Positions 47,668-56,904 of a DNA stretch of 64,000 nucleotides are shown here, piece by piece; position 1 is the stretch's first letter, and every line of letters starts with the position of its first letter. Below the pieces are notes generated by a model. It saw only the letters and a program-made list of their open reading frames with translations. It was not told where the DNA came from and ran no database searches. The stretch is from Candidatus Hydrogenedentota bacterium. GTDB lineage: Bacteria > Hydrogenedentota > Hydrogenedentia > Hydrogenedentales > SLHB01. The stretch is taken from contig CAXXYE010000009.1 in the NCBI GenBank assembly GCA_963674865.2, positions 1,280,001 through 1,344,000 of the forward strand. The letters are read 5' to 3'. The translations under genes and the position numbers were made by a program.

Positions 47668-49605
47668 TCAATCACCATCCTTATTCGTAGTAGGATCGAG
47701 CGCCTTCGTCTCGATCTCACGCCTAACCCGCTCGACAAATGCGGCGAGGTCCATGCTCTTGAGGTCGCCCAAGCGCCGGTGGCGAACCGACACGGCGCCC
47801 GCCTCCTTCTCCCGCTCGCCGACAACCAACATGTACGGGACCTGGCTTGTCTGGGCCGCCCGGATCTTGTACTTCATCGTTTCATCACTGAGGTCGGCCT
47901 CGGCGCGCAGCCCCTCGGCCTGGAGACGCGCAAGGACTTCGTTGGCGTAGTCATTGAACGCGTCGGCCACGGGGATCACAACGGCCTGTACCGGGGCAAG
48001 CCACACCGGAAACGCGCCGGCGAAGTGCTCGATGAGAATTCCGAGAAACCGCTCGATGCCGCCGTAGACTACGCGGTGGAGCATGACGGGCCGGTGGCGT
48101 TCACCATCGGACCCGGTGTATTCGAGGTCGAACTTCTCGGGCATCGCGAAGTCCAACTGAATCGTGGCACACTGCCAAGAGCGCTTCAGGCAGTCGCGGA
48201 TATGGAAGTCGATCTTGGGGCCGTAGAAGGCGCCGTCGCCCTCGTTGATCTTGTACGGCATCCCCTTTGTGTCGAGAGCTTTACGCAAGGCGGCCGTGGC
48301 CGTTTCCCACATTTCGTCGCTGCCGATGGATTTCTCCGGGCGGGTGCTCAGTTCGACCGCGTAGTCGAGGCCGAAAACCTTATACATGACATCCACGAAG
48401 TCAATGACACCGATAACCTCGTCAAGAATCTGGTCGGGCGTCATGTAGATGTGAGCGTCATCCTGCGTGAACATGCGTACGCGGGACAGCCCGTGAAGTA
48501 CGCCGGACTTCTCATGCCGATGCACGGTGCCAAGTTCTGCGAGGCGGAGAGGAAGGTCCCGGTAGCTGCGGAGGTCAGACTTATAGATGAGAATGCCGCC
48601 GGGGCAGTTCATGGGCTTGACGGCGAAGTCGCGCCCGTCGATCTCGGTAAAATACATGTTTTCCCGGTAATGATCCCAATGCCCCGACTGCTCCCAGAGG
48701 GTGCGTTCAAGGATGATGGGTGTACGGATCTCGCCATAGCCGTGTTTGCGGTGCTCTTGCCGCCAGAAATCGATGAGTTCGTTCAGGACGATCATTCCCT
48801 TGGGGTGGAAGAAGGGAAATCCCGGGCCCGCGGCGTGGAAGCTGAACAAGTCCAACTGCTTACCAAGTTTGCGGTGGTCGCGCTTCTCCGCTTCGGCAAG
48901 GAGGGCCAAATGCTCTTCGAGATCCTTCTTGCTGGGGAAGGCGGTGCCGTATATCCGCTGCAGCATTGCCCGGCTCTCGTCGCCCCGCCAGTACGCGCCC
49001 GCAACGCTCAAGAGCTTGAAGGCCTTGATACGCCCCGTGGACGGTAGGTGGGGGCCGCGGCACAAGTCCACGAACTCGCCGTTCTCGTAGAACGTGATAG
49101 TGCCGTCGTCGAGTTCATTGACAAGTTCGACTTTGTAGGTGTCTTCGCGCTCCTGAAAGTAGGCGAGCGCGCCCGCTTTGGACATTTCCTTCCTGACAAA
49201 CGGCTCATCGGCCTTGACGACGGCCGCCATTTCCTTCTCGATGGCCTCGAAGTCGTCCTCGGATAAGGGCGGGTCGACATCGATGTCGTAGTAGAAGCCG
49301 TCCTCGATGGCGGGGCCAATTGCTAGCTTCGCGTCCGGCCGCACGCGCTTGATGGCCGAAGCCATTACGTGCGAAGCGCTGTGGCGGAAGACGTCGCGGC
49401 CCTCCTCCGAGTCAAAGGTAAGGATGGCGACGTTATCGCCGTCCTTCAGGGGCGTGGTGAGGTCGGTGATTTGGCCATTCACTTTGGCGCCTGTGGCGGC
49501 TTTCGCGAGGCGGGGGCCGATGCTCTTGGCAAGGGACAAAGCGGAGCTTCCTTCCGGGAGCTCCTTATGCGACCCATCAGGTAGCTGAACCTTGATGCAA
49601 CTCAT
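47668..49605 (-). CDS. thrS: Threonine--tRNA ligase
   Basis: TGS domain, RHSASH, DLCRGPH, RDHRKLG, KPMNCP, FTQDDAH, GAFYGPK; AGGAG RBS. Confidence 0.97.
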   Translation of the reverse strand: MSCIKVQLPDGSHKELPEGSSALSLAKSIGPRLAKAATGAKVNGQITDLTTPLKDGDNVAILTFDSEEGRDVFRHSASHVMASAIKRVRPDAKLAIGPAIEDGFYYDIDVDPPLSEDDFEAIEKEMAAVVKADEPFVRKEMSKAGALAYFQEREDTYKVELVNELDDGTITFYENGEFVDLCRGPHLPSTGRIKAFKLLSVAGAYWRGDESRAMLQRIYGTAFPSKKDLEEHLALLAEAEKRDHRKLGKQLDLFSFHAAGPGFPFFHPKGMIVLNELIDFWRQEHRKHGYGEIRTPIILERTLWEQSGHWDHYRENMYFTEIDGRDFAVKPMNCPGGILIYKSDLRSYRDLPLRLAELGTVHRHEKSGVLHGLSRVRMFTQDDAHIYMTPDQILDEVIGVIDFVDVMYKVFGLDYAVELSTRPEKSIGSDEMWETATAALRKALDTKGMPYKINEGDGAFYGPKIDFHIRDCLKRSWQCATIQLDFAMPEKFDLEYTGSDGERHRPVMLHRVVYGGIERFLGILIEHFAGAFPVWLAPVQAVVIPVADAFNDYANEVLARLQAEGLRAEADLSDETMKYKIRAAQTSQVPYMLVVGEREKEAGAVSVRHRRLGDLKSMDLAAFVERVRREIETKALDPTTNKDGD

Positions 49606-49765
49606 AGACACTCCTATACGGACCGCCGGCAATGGCGTGCGGCTAAGGCTTTACTAGACGCTCCCTTATGCGTATTGCCGAGCCAAAGCGCCCGGCCTGG
49701 GAGAGTGGCGTTGATTCTGCCATGAAAGGCCCTCGAAATGAAAGCGGCACCGGAGGCGCCCTGTG

Positions 49766-50857
49766 TCAGCGAGAATCGGCGCCGACGGCCTGGGCGATGT
49801 TGCTGAAGCCGTCGCGTTCGAGCAGGTGGATGAGGCCGCGATTGATGCGCTTCACCACGAGCGGCCCCTCGTAGACGAGGGCGGTGAGGAGTTGTACGAG
49901 CGAGGCGCCGAGCCGGATCTTGCGGTAGGCGTCCTCGGCGCCGAAGACGCCCCCGACGCCGATGATGCTGTAGCGGCTGCGGTCCATCAGCCGGTACAGG
50001 TCGGCGATGGCCTTGTTGATGAGCGCTTCGACGGGCTTGCCCGCGACGGCGCCGGGCATACGCTCGAGTTCTTCAGGCGGCACATGGAGGGGAGTTGGCT
50101 TGCCCGGGGGAAGATTGAATATGAAACCGGCAATGTAGGGAACGCCGGCAATGGCTTCGAGGATGTCCTCAAGGGCCTTGGGCCCTCCCAGGGGCGATAT
50201 CTTCAGAAACACGGGTGGACGGGGGGAGTACTCCGCCAATTGCTCGAAAAGCCGCTTAATGTGGGCGGTGTCAGCGAAGAAGTTGCGGCCGTTCTCGGTG
50301 TTCGGGCAGCTCAAGCTCAAGACATGGTAGTCGCCAACCTCTCTGAGCACGCGCGTGGAGCGGACGTAATCATCGATGATGGCCTCGTCGGACTCGTTGC
50401 GGAGGCGGTTGGTCTTGACGATGTTGATGCCCAAAGGAACGGATAGTTGTTTTTTCCCCAGCCGGGCTGCGACGGCGTCTGCGCCATCGTTGGGAAGGCC
50501 ATAATTGACGATAATGGCGCGCTCCGTCGGCAGCCGCCACAATCGGGGGCGCGGGTTGCCGTCAGAGGGATCTGCGGAGACGGAGCCTACCTCAATGAAG
50601 CCGAAGCCGAGTGCGGCGAGTCCGTCAACGGCGCGGCCGCTCTTATCATATCCGGCCGCGAGTCCGAAGGGATTCTCGAACCGGATTCCGGCGACTTCGG
50701 ATACGAGACGAGGGTCGGTGTAGCGGAAACAAGGATAGAGGAGAGGGGCAATAGGCCGTGAGATGGCGGCCATCCGAAGCGCGGCATCATGGATTTTCTC
50801 GGCGTCGAACCGGAACAACAACGGCCGGATCAATCTGGTGTAGATGGCCACGCCCAT
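49766..50857 (-). CDS. pyrD: Quinone-dependent dihydroorotate dehydrogenase (class 2-like)
   Basis: NPFGLAAGYDK, GINIVK, SCPNT, FLKISP, IGVGGV, GASLVQL. Confidence 0.85.
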   Translation of the reverse strand: MGVAIYTRLIRPLLFRFDAEKIHDAALRMAAISRPIAPLLYPCFRYTDPRLVSEVAGIRFENPFGLAAGYDKSGRAVDGLAALGFGFIEVGSVSADPSDGNPRPRLWRLPTERAIIVNYGLPNDGADAVAARLGKKQLSVPLGINIVKTNRLRNESDEAIIDDYVRSTRVLREVGDYHVLSLSCPNTENGRNFFADTAHIKRLFEQLAEYSPRPPVFLKISPLGGPKALEDILEAIAGVPYIAGFIFNLPPGKPTPLHVPPEELERMPGAVAGKPVEALINKAIADLYRLMDRSRYSIIGVGGVFGAEDAYRKIRLGASLVQLLTALVYEGPLVVKRINRGLIHLLERDGFSNIAQAVGADSR

Positions 50858-50880
50858 TCTCCGCCGACCCGCAGCGCCGC

Positions 50881-52533
50881 CTAGACGAATCCCTTGAGGG
50901 CGTCCGCCGGATTCTCAGGGAAACCGGCCACGCCACGCGATCGGTCGAACTGGTAGATACGTTGTATTGCACGCTCTTGAAGAGAAAATGCGCGCAGGGC
51001 GCCATTTTCATCCAGTGCGCGATCGGCGTTTGGCCTGCGTAGTGCCTCTGACGCCGCGGCGCGCATCTGATCAACCACATCGGGGCGATCCACGGTGCGT
51101 TGACGCAGTTCATGGGGGTCTTCGGAGACATTGAACAACTGCTCCTGGCCTCCGTTGGCCATGTAGATGTACTTCCACTCTGCGTCTCGAACCATGATTT
51201 TGAACATCCACGTGCCGGGCGTGCCGTAGAATCCGACAACGTGGTCGCGCGGCGCTGCTTCGCCCTCGAGCAGGGCGAGCACGTCAATGCCCTCGCGCGT
51301 TTCCGGCTCTCCCGCGGCGTGGGTGGCGATGCCGAACAGATCCGTCAGGCACACAAGATCCTGGCGTTGCTGTCCGGCCGGAAGGCGCTCAGGCCAGCTC
51401 ACGAGGAGCGGGACGTGGCAGGCGGCCTCAAAGAAGCTCTCCTTCTGCCAGGCATGATGATCGCCGAGGTGGTCGCCGTGATCGGAGTAGAAGCAAATGA
51501 GAGTATTATCGGCGTCGTCGCGCGCCTCGATGGCGTCGAGGATGCGGCCGATCTGGTGGTCGATATAGGAGATTTCCCCATAGTAGCGGGCTTTGACGAC
51601 ACGCGCGTGGGAATCGTTGATATCCTCCGCCCAGATGGCGTGATTCATCCAGCGGATCTGCTCATCCATGTGGTCGACGGTTAGATCGCCGCGAACCGGA
51701 TTCGGCAGGCGGTCAGGATCGTATATCCGGTTAAAGGGGATGGGCGGCGCGCACGGCGGATGCGGGCCGATGAAAGAAACAAGGCCGAAGAACGGGCGCG
51801 AATCCGCTGCCTGGAGCTGCTCAATGGCGCGGTCGGCAGCCCATGCCTCGACACCAACAGATGCGGGCGTTGGACTCATCTGCGGCATGTAATACATTTC
51901 GGTGCGCTCGCCCATGAGCGTCTCAAGGAAATCGAACTCAGGATATTCGCGCTTAATGAAGGCGGCATAGGCATCCCGCGCGCGCTGATCCGCATTCCCG
52001 TAGAGCTCTTCGCTGTGGAGGTGGACTTCATAGCCCAAGTCCTCATCCCAAGGAGACGTATGCGACTTGCCGATGCCGAACGTGCGGTAGCCGCGTTGGG
52101 CCATGGTTCGGGGCAGGTAGAGCCCACAACGCTCCTCCATCGCAGGAGACTGGCCCTCGACGGGTTGTTGGCGTTCGTTCTGGTAAATGGCCGTGGTGGG
52201 TGAATCACAGCCTGTGCGGATGGTGTAACGCGCCGGCACGCAGACGGGGCACGTAGAGTAGGTGTTCTCGAAGGCGACGCCGCGGGCGGCGAGGCGGTCG
52301 AGGTTTGGCGTGTAAACATGGGCATTGCCCAACGTCGCAATGGTGTCCGCGCGCTGCTGGTCGGTCATGATGAAGAGGATGTTCGGCTTCTTTGACACCG
52401 TGCGCCTCCTTTGTGCGTGTACGCGCCGAGGCCGCAAGGCAGCCACGCCGGCTGCTCCGCCCGTGAGCGCGCCGATGAACCGGCGGCGGGATATGGCTTT
52501 TCTTGCTGCCAAAGGCCTGCCCTCTGCGAACAA
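50881..52533 (-). CDS. Cys-type sulfatase (choline-sulfatase-like) with a Tat signal
   Basis: SRRRFIG Tat motif; PNILFIMTDQQR, CVPAR (CxPxR), GKSH, PHPP, SDHGD. Start ambiguous (TTG 52533 or GTG 52398). Confidence 0.9.
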   Translation of the reverse strand: MFAEGRPLAARKAISRRRFIGALTGGAAGVAALRPRRVHAQRRRTVSKKPNILFIMTDQQRADTIATLGNAHVYTPNLDRLAARGVAFENTYSTCPVCVPARYTIRTGCDSPTTAIYQNERQQPVEGQSPAMEERCGLYLPRTMAQRGYRTFGIGKSHTSPWDEDLGYEVHLHSEELYGNADQRARDAYAAFIKREYPEFDFLETLMGERTEMYYMPQMSPTPASVGVEAWAADRAIEQLQAADSRPFFGLVSFIGPHPPCAPPIPFNRIYDPDRLPNPVRGDLTVDHMDEQIRWMNHAIWAEDINDSHARVVKARYYGEISYIDHQIGRILDAIEARDDADNTLICFYSDHGDHLGDHHAWQKESFFEAACHVPLLVSWPERLPAGQQRQDLVCLTDLFGIATHAAGEPETREGIDVLALLEGEAAPRDHVVGFYGTPGTWMFKIMVRDAEWKYIYMANGGQEQLFNVSEDPHELRQRTVDRPDVVDQMRAAASEALRRPNADRALDENGALRAFSLQERAIQRIYQFDRSRGVAGFPENPADALKGFV

Positions 52534-52539
52534 ACAGGA

Positions 52540-53982
52540 CTACGTTTCGAGCAAGTCTCTCACTGTTTGCACGAGGTCGACGCGCGGCACGGTAATCTGG
52601 CCCGTCTTGCCGGCCTTGCGGTATGCTTCTCGATCCTCGATGCCCTCACGCTGCTCCTTGCCGGCTCGGAGGTCCTTGACGGATACAACGCCCTGGGCCA
52701 GTTCATCTTCTCCGATGATCACAGCGACGGGAATGCCTCGGTGATCTGCGTGCGATAATTGGTTTCCCATTCCCCTTTTCTTCCTCGAAGCGAAGTAGGA
52801 TTCCGTTCTAATGCCCTCGGCGCGTAGCTCGGACGCCAGCCTCAATGTCTCGCTGGGAGGAACCTTCCCGACGGTGACGACGAGGACTTGGCTTACGGCG
52901 AGTCCCGTCGTGATGATTCCGAGATGCTTCAACGCGGCCATAAGGCGATCCAGGCCGATGGACATGCCGGTTGCGGGAATCGGCCGATTCAGGAAACGCG
53001 CGACTAACCCATCGTACCGGCCGCCGCCCCCGACCGACCCGAACTGCGGGGCGCTGGGGAGGAGCATCTCGAATACCGGCCCAGTGTAGTAGTCTAACCC
53101 ACGCGCCAGGCTCGGCTCGAATCGGGCATGGCTCTCCGAGACCCCCAAGGCTGTGAGGCAAGTGTCCAGTTCGCGCATTTCACCCAGGGCGGCATTGGCC
53201 GCCTCGGTGGCAGGGAGCGCCGCTTCGAGGTGCGTTACCACCTCGGCCCGCGACGTGCCCGTCACGCCAATGAACGCTATGATCGCGTCGATGGTCGCCC
53301 CGTCGAGTTCAACGCCCCGAATGGGATCGCCCGAATCATCGACGCGTCCGGGGCCGAGCTCGAGGCGCACGTTTTCCGTGCCGACCTTCTTGAGTTTGTC
53401 GATCACGCGCATGACGTGTTTCACGCGCTCCGGGTCGGTAATGCCGCAGTGTTCGAGGAGGGCGTCGAAGAGCTTCCTGTTGTTGATGACGACCGCATAG
53501 TCGGCCACACCGAGAGCGCCCATGGCCTCACACATGATAGCGACTATCTCCGCATCGATGGCCACGGAGTTGGAGCCAGCCACATCGATGTCGCACTGGG
53601 TGAACTCCCGGTATCGGCCCGGATCGGGCTTATCGGCCCGCCAGACGGGGCCAATGGCGTATCGGCGGAAGGGGACCTTCATCTTGTCGGGATATTGGGC
53701 CAGCACCCGCGCAAAGGGGACGGTGAGGTCGAACCGCAGGGCAATGGGCTGGCCCTCCGGGCTCTCAAGGCGGAATAGCTCCTTATTCGTCTCTTCACCT
53801 CCCGCACCGAGAAGCGTCTCGAGCGATTCAAGGGCCGGGGTCTCGATCGGTGAGAACCCATAGCGCTGGAACACGGCCTCGATGGTACGTATCACCTCAC
53901 GGCGGGGAAGGCTGTCCTCGGCCAGGAGGTCCTGAAAGCCCTTGAGTGTTTCTGGACGGATCTGCTTGTTCTCTCCCGACAT
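52540..53982 (-). CDS. hisS: Histidine--tRNA ligase (Caulobacter/alphaproteobacterial-like subtype)
   Basis: LRFDLTVP, WRADKP.PGRYREFTQCD, ARGLDYYTG, GGGRYDGL, SIGLDRL; AAGGA upstream. Confidence 0.95.
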   Translation of the reverse strand: MSGENKQIRPETLKGFQDLLAEDSLPRREVIRTIEAVFQRYGFSPIETPALESLETLLGAGGEETNKELFRLESPEGQPIALRFDLTVPFARVLAQYPDKMKVPFRRYAIGPVWRADKPDPGRYREFTQCDIDVAGSNSVAIDAEIVAIMCEAMGALGVADYAVVINNRKLFDALLEHCGITDPERVKHVMRVIDKLKKVGTENVRLELGPGRVDDSGDPIRGVELDGATIDAIIAFIGVTGTSRAEVVTHLEAALPATEAANAALGEMRELDTCLTALGVSESHARFEPSLARGLDYYTGPVFEMLLPSAPQFGSVGGGGRYDGLVARFLNRPIPATGMSIGLDRLMAALKHLGIITTGLAVSQVLVVTVGKVPPSETLRLASELRAEGIRTESYFASRKKRGMGNQLSHADHRGIPVAVIIGEDELAQGVVSVKDLRAGKEQREGIEDREAYRKAGKTGQITVPRVDLVQTVRDLLET

Positions 53983-54120
53983 GTTTGCTGAAGTCCTTGT
54001 TGCGATGGTGTATCTGAGCCGTACTGCGCTTCTTGCCTGTTTCATGCGCACCGGCGCATCAGGGACGGGGCTGGACAGGCAACCCGCGGCGCGCCGCGCC
54101 GGCGCGAGGTCACCAGGTTG

Positions 54121-54150
54121 AGTCTACATGACCTGCGCGGGGTGCTTCAA
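54121..54150 (-). promoter_or_regulatory. Candidate hisS promoter
   Basis: Minus strand TTGAAG-N18-TAGACT. Confidence 0.35.
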
Positions 54151-54171
54151 TTGGCCTGCGTGTCCTTGAGC

Positions 54172-55392
54172 GGCGCTGGATTCAATGAGCAAGTGCAACG
54201 GCGTGTAGCTTGAAGACTTCGTTAGGAGTTCGGTATCCCAGTTTTTTGCGTGGCCTGTTGTTAAGTTGACGGACGTAGCTTTGGAGCTGGCTTTCGGCAA
54301 TTTCCCTGAAGTTGGTGTTCTTGGGGAGATACTGGCGTAGGAGGCCGTTGGTGTTTTCGTTGGTGCCGCGCTCGTAGGCGGCATAGGGATTGGCGAAGTA
54401 GGTGTCGAGGCCCAAGACCTCGGCGATGTGTCTGTGGTGAGCGAATTCGCTGCCGTTATCGAAGGTGATGGTCTTTGTCCAGTGGGCGGGCAGGTGCCTG
54501 AGTTGGTCGATGGCAGCCTGGGCGACGCCGTCGGCATGACGGGAGCCGAGCAGTGCGGCCCGTAGCAGCAAGGACTTACGTTCCACCAGGGTAAGCACGG
54601 CGCCCTGTTGGTTGGCCCCGACGAGTAGATCTCCTTCCCAATCCCCGTAGCGCTTTCGGGTGGCGACCTCGGGCGGCCGGGCCTCGATGCCGACGCGATT
54701 GGGAATGAAGGGCCTCGTGGGGCGGCGCTCCCCGCGTTTGCGGCGGCGCGGCCGCCGGCGTCGAAGACAACCGATCAAGGGATTGCCTAGCTTTTCATCG
54801 GTGTACAACGAGCGGTAGATGGTCTCGGGACTGACGCGCATGCGCGGTTGGCCGGGGAAATCCAGCCAGAGGCGGCCCGCAATCTGCTCCGGTGACCATC
54901 CTTCCGTCATCTTGTCGAAGAGATAGCGCCGTAACGCCGGCTCACTGAGCGAGGTGGTTCTTCGGCAAGTCTTGCGGACCTGCTCGTATCGTTTCTGGGC
55001 GCGCGCCGCGGAATATGCCTTGGACGGGGCCCGATTCCGAGCCAGTTCCCGGCACACCGTCGAGGCGCTACGGCCCAACTGGACGGCAATGGCCCGTTGA
55101 CTCAGCCCTTGGCTAAGCCATGCTTGTATCTGTCCGCGTTCCATTGGTGTAAGATGGCGATAGGGCATCGAGACTCCTTTCGGTTCTTGGTTCGTGCAAA
55201 AAACCAGTGTACCGAACGGATTTCTCGATGCCTTCCTTGTTCTGTCTGCCTTGTGCTCAGAACTCACCTACAGCAAAGGGGGGCCCTTCCCGCTGTCGCC
55301 GTCCGCCGCCGCTCAGGGGTGAGCGACGAACGGCTCCGACGGGAAAGGGCACTCACCCAACCATGTTGCACTTACAATAAGAACTCAGGGCC
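54172..55392 (-). mobile_element. IS30-family insertion sequence (1221 bp)
   Basis: Imperfect 28-bp terminal IRs, GGCGCTGGATTCAATGAGCAAGTGCAAC versus GGCCCTGAGTTCTTATTGTAAGTGCAAC (19/28); GC dinucleotide on both flanks, consistent with a 2-bp target duplication. Confidence 0.88.
54182..55168 (-). CDS. IS30-family transposase
   Basis: YRHLT..ER, HTH STVCRELARN, WSPEQI, ETIY, DDE motifs WEGD / TFDNGSEF / RGTNENTNGLLRQY; AAGGAG RBS. Confidence 0.95.
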   Translation of the reverse strand: MPYRHLTPMERGQIQAWLSQGLSQRAIAVQLGRSASTVCRELARNRAPSKAYSAARAQKRYEQVRKTCRRTTSLSEPALRRYLFDKMTEGWSPEQIAGRLWLDFPGQPRMRVSPETIYRSLYTDEKLGNPLIGCLRRRRPRRRKRGERRPTRPFIPNRVGIEARPPEVATRKRYGDWEGDLLVGANQQGAVLTLVERKSLLLRAALLGSRHADGVAQAAIDQLRHLPAHWTKTITFDNGSEFAHHRHIAEVLGLDTYFANPYAAYERGTNENTNGLLRQYLPKNTNFREIAESQLQSYVRQLNNRPRKKLGYRTPNEVFKLHAVALAH

Positions 55393-55423
55393 GCCCGGAG
55401 CATCAACCGGTTTCATGCGGCTC

Positions 55424-55451
55424 TTGATTTCAATTCGACGTTTGGTAGAAT
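55424..55451 (+). promoter_or_regulatory. Promoter of the downstream oxidoreductase
   Basis: TTGATT-N16-TAGAAT with an extended -10 TG. Confidence 0.5.
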
Positions 55452-55614
55452 GGGGACTTGGGTCTGGCGGCGTTCTTTTGCGGGGAGAGGTCTCGATGGT
55501 GGCTGCATTCGGTAGGGAACAGCTTTGGGGGGGCTGCGTCTTCCGAGAATCATGCGCGGATGGTTCCATATGGCGGCTCGATGGGACTTGGCGCTACGAG
55601 AAGGGGGAGGCCGC

Positions 55615-56574
55615 ATGATCAAGGTCGCATTTGTCGGTTGCGGAGGCATCATGGAGGAGCACTGCAAACACCTGCAGGCCATGGACGAGCTAAAGCTGGC
55701 CGGATATTGTGATATCGAGCGCGCTCGGGCGGAGTCCTCCGCGAGACGTTTTGGTGGTGAGGCCTACACGAATCATGAGGAGATGTACGACAAGGTGAAG
55801 CCGGACGCGGTATACGTGGCCGTGCCTCCCTATGCGCATACGAGGATTGAGGAGGCCGCCGCCGAGCGTGATATACATCTTTTCATCGAGAAGCCCATAG
55901 CCCTTACCCGCGACGGCGCACGCCGGATTCACGCGGCCGTCCGGAAGGCGAAGATTCTAACGAGTGTCGGGTACCACATGCGCTACAGTGAAGTTGTGGC
56001 GCGTGCCCGGCAGATTCTCAAAGGCAAGGTCGTGTCGCTCGTGACGGGGGCTTGGATTGGCGGCATGCCGGAGGCTTCGTGGTGGCGCCGGATGGACAAG
56101 AGCGGCGGCCAAGTTCTTGAGCAGACGACCCACATTGTCGACCTGTTGCGCTACCTTTGCGGAGAGGTATCGGAGGTCTATGCGTCGGCCTCTACCGGGT
56201 GCATGACCAAAGTCAAAGACTACGATGTGCACGACAGCAGTGTCGTCAACCTTCGGCTCAAGAGCGGCGCCTCGGGGTCCGTTGTATCCTCCTGTGTGGC
56301 CGGACATGACGGCAAGGTTATGCTCGAAGTGGTGACGCCGGGGGCCACACTGTGCCTGACGAAGGACAGTCTGGTGGTCAAGGAAGCGGAGAAGACCACT
56401 GAATTTCGCTCTCGGGGGAACGCGTTCGCGGAGGAGGACCGGGCCTTCATTGACGCGGTCCGCGCCGGCAAGCGGACAAAGATCCGATCGACCTACTCGG
56501 ACGCTCTCAAGACGTTTTTGGTTACACTCGCCGTGAACGAGTCGATCGGGTCGGGTTTGCCCGTGAAGCCCTAG
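55615..56574 (+). CDS. Gfo/Idh/MocA family oxidoreductase
   Basis: VGCGGI, EKP, SGGQVLEQTTH; GGAGG RBS. Confidence 0.9.
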   Translation: MIKVAFVGCGGIMEEHCKHLQAMDELKLAGYCDIERARAESSARRFGGEAYTNHEEMYDKVKPDAVYVAVPPYAHTRIEEAAAERDIHLFIEKPIALTRDGARRIHAAVRKAKILTSVGYHMRYSEVVARARQILKGKVVSLVTGAWIGGMPEASWWRRMDKSGGQVLEQTTHIVDLLRYLCGEVSEVYASASTGCMTKVKDYDVHDSSVVNLRLKSGASGSVVSSCVAGHDGKVMLEVVTPGATLCLTKDSLVVKEAEKTTEFRSRGNAFAEEDRAFIDAVRAGKRTKIRSTYSDALKTFLVTLAVNESIGSGLPVKP

Positions 56575-56766
56575 CGTGGGCTTGAGGTATTGTCTTCTTC
56601 ACACACCGGCCTCATGATGATCCTCAAGGAAAAGTGCATTTTCTCACTTTTGAGCAATTGGCGAGGCCGTCCCGACGAGGAACACCTTTGTATGCGCCAA
56701 GTTTCTCTTCGTCGCCACGGCTCCCCCCAAAGGGCTAGAGGGGTTCGATGCCGCGTCTCGTCACAA

Positions 56767-56784
56767 GTGTCAAATATCTGTCAA
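56767..56784 (+). promoter_or_regulatory. TGTCAA direct repeat with 11-bp period (PhoB/OmpR-box-like)
   Basis: GTGTCAAATATCTGTCAA, about 25 bp upstream of the -35 element. Confidence 0.35.
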
Positions 56785-56809
56785 TACATGGGTTACGTTT
56801 GGATATCAC

Positions 56810-56838
56810 TTGACGGAGTCTCTCTGGAGTGATACAAT
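56810..56838 (+). promoter_or_regulatory. sigma70-type promoter of the pilus operon
   Basis: TTGACG-N17-TACAAT with an extended -10 (TGA TACAAT). Confidence 0.75.
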
Positions 56839-56904
56839 CCGGAATGGCTCTGGCCGCTCTCGAATGGTTCCTGTGCGGCGAGAGACGGGGTAGTCTGCGC
56901 CACG

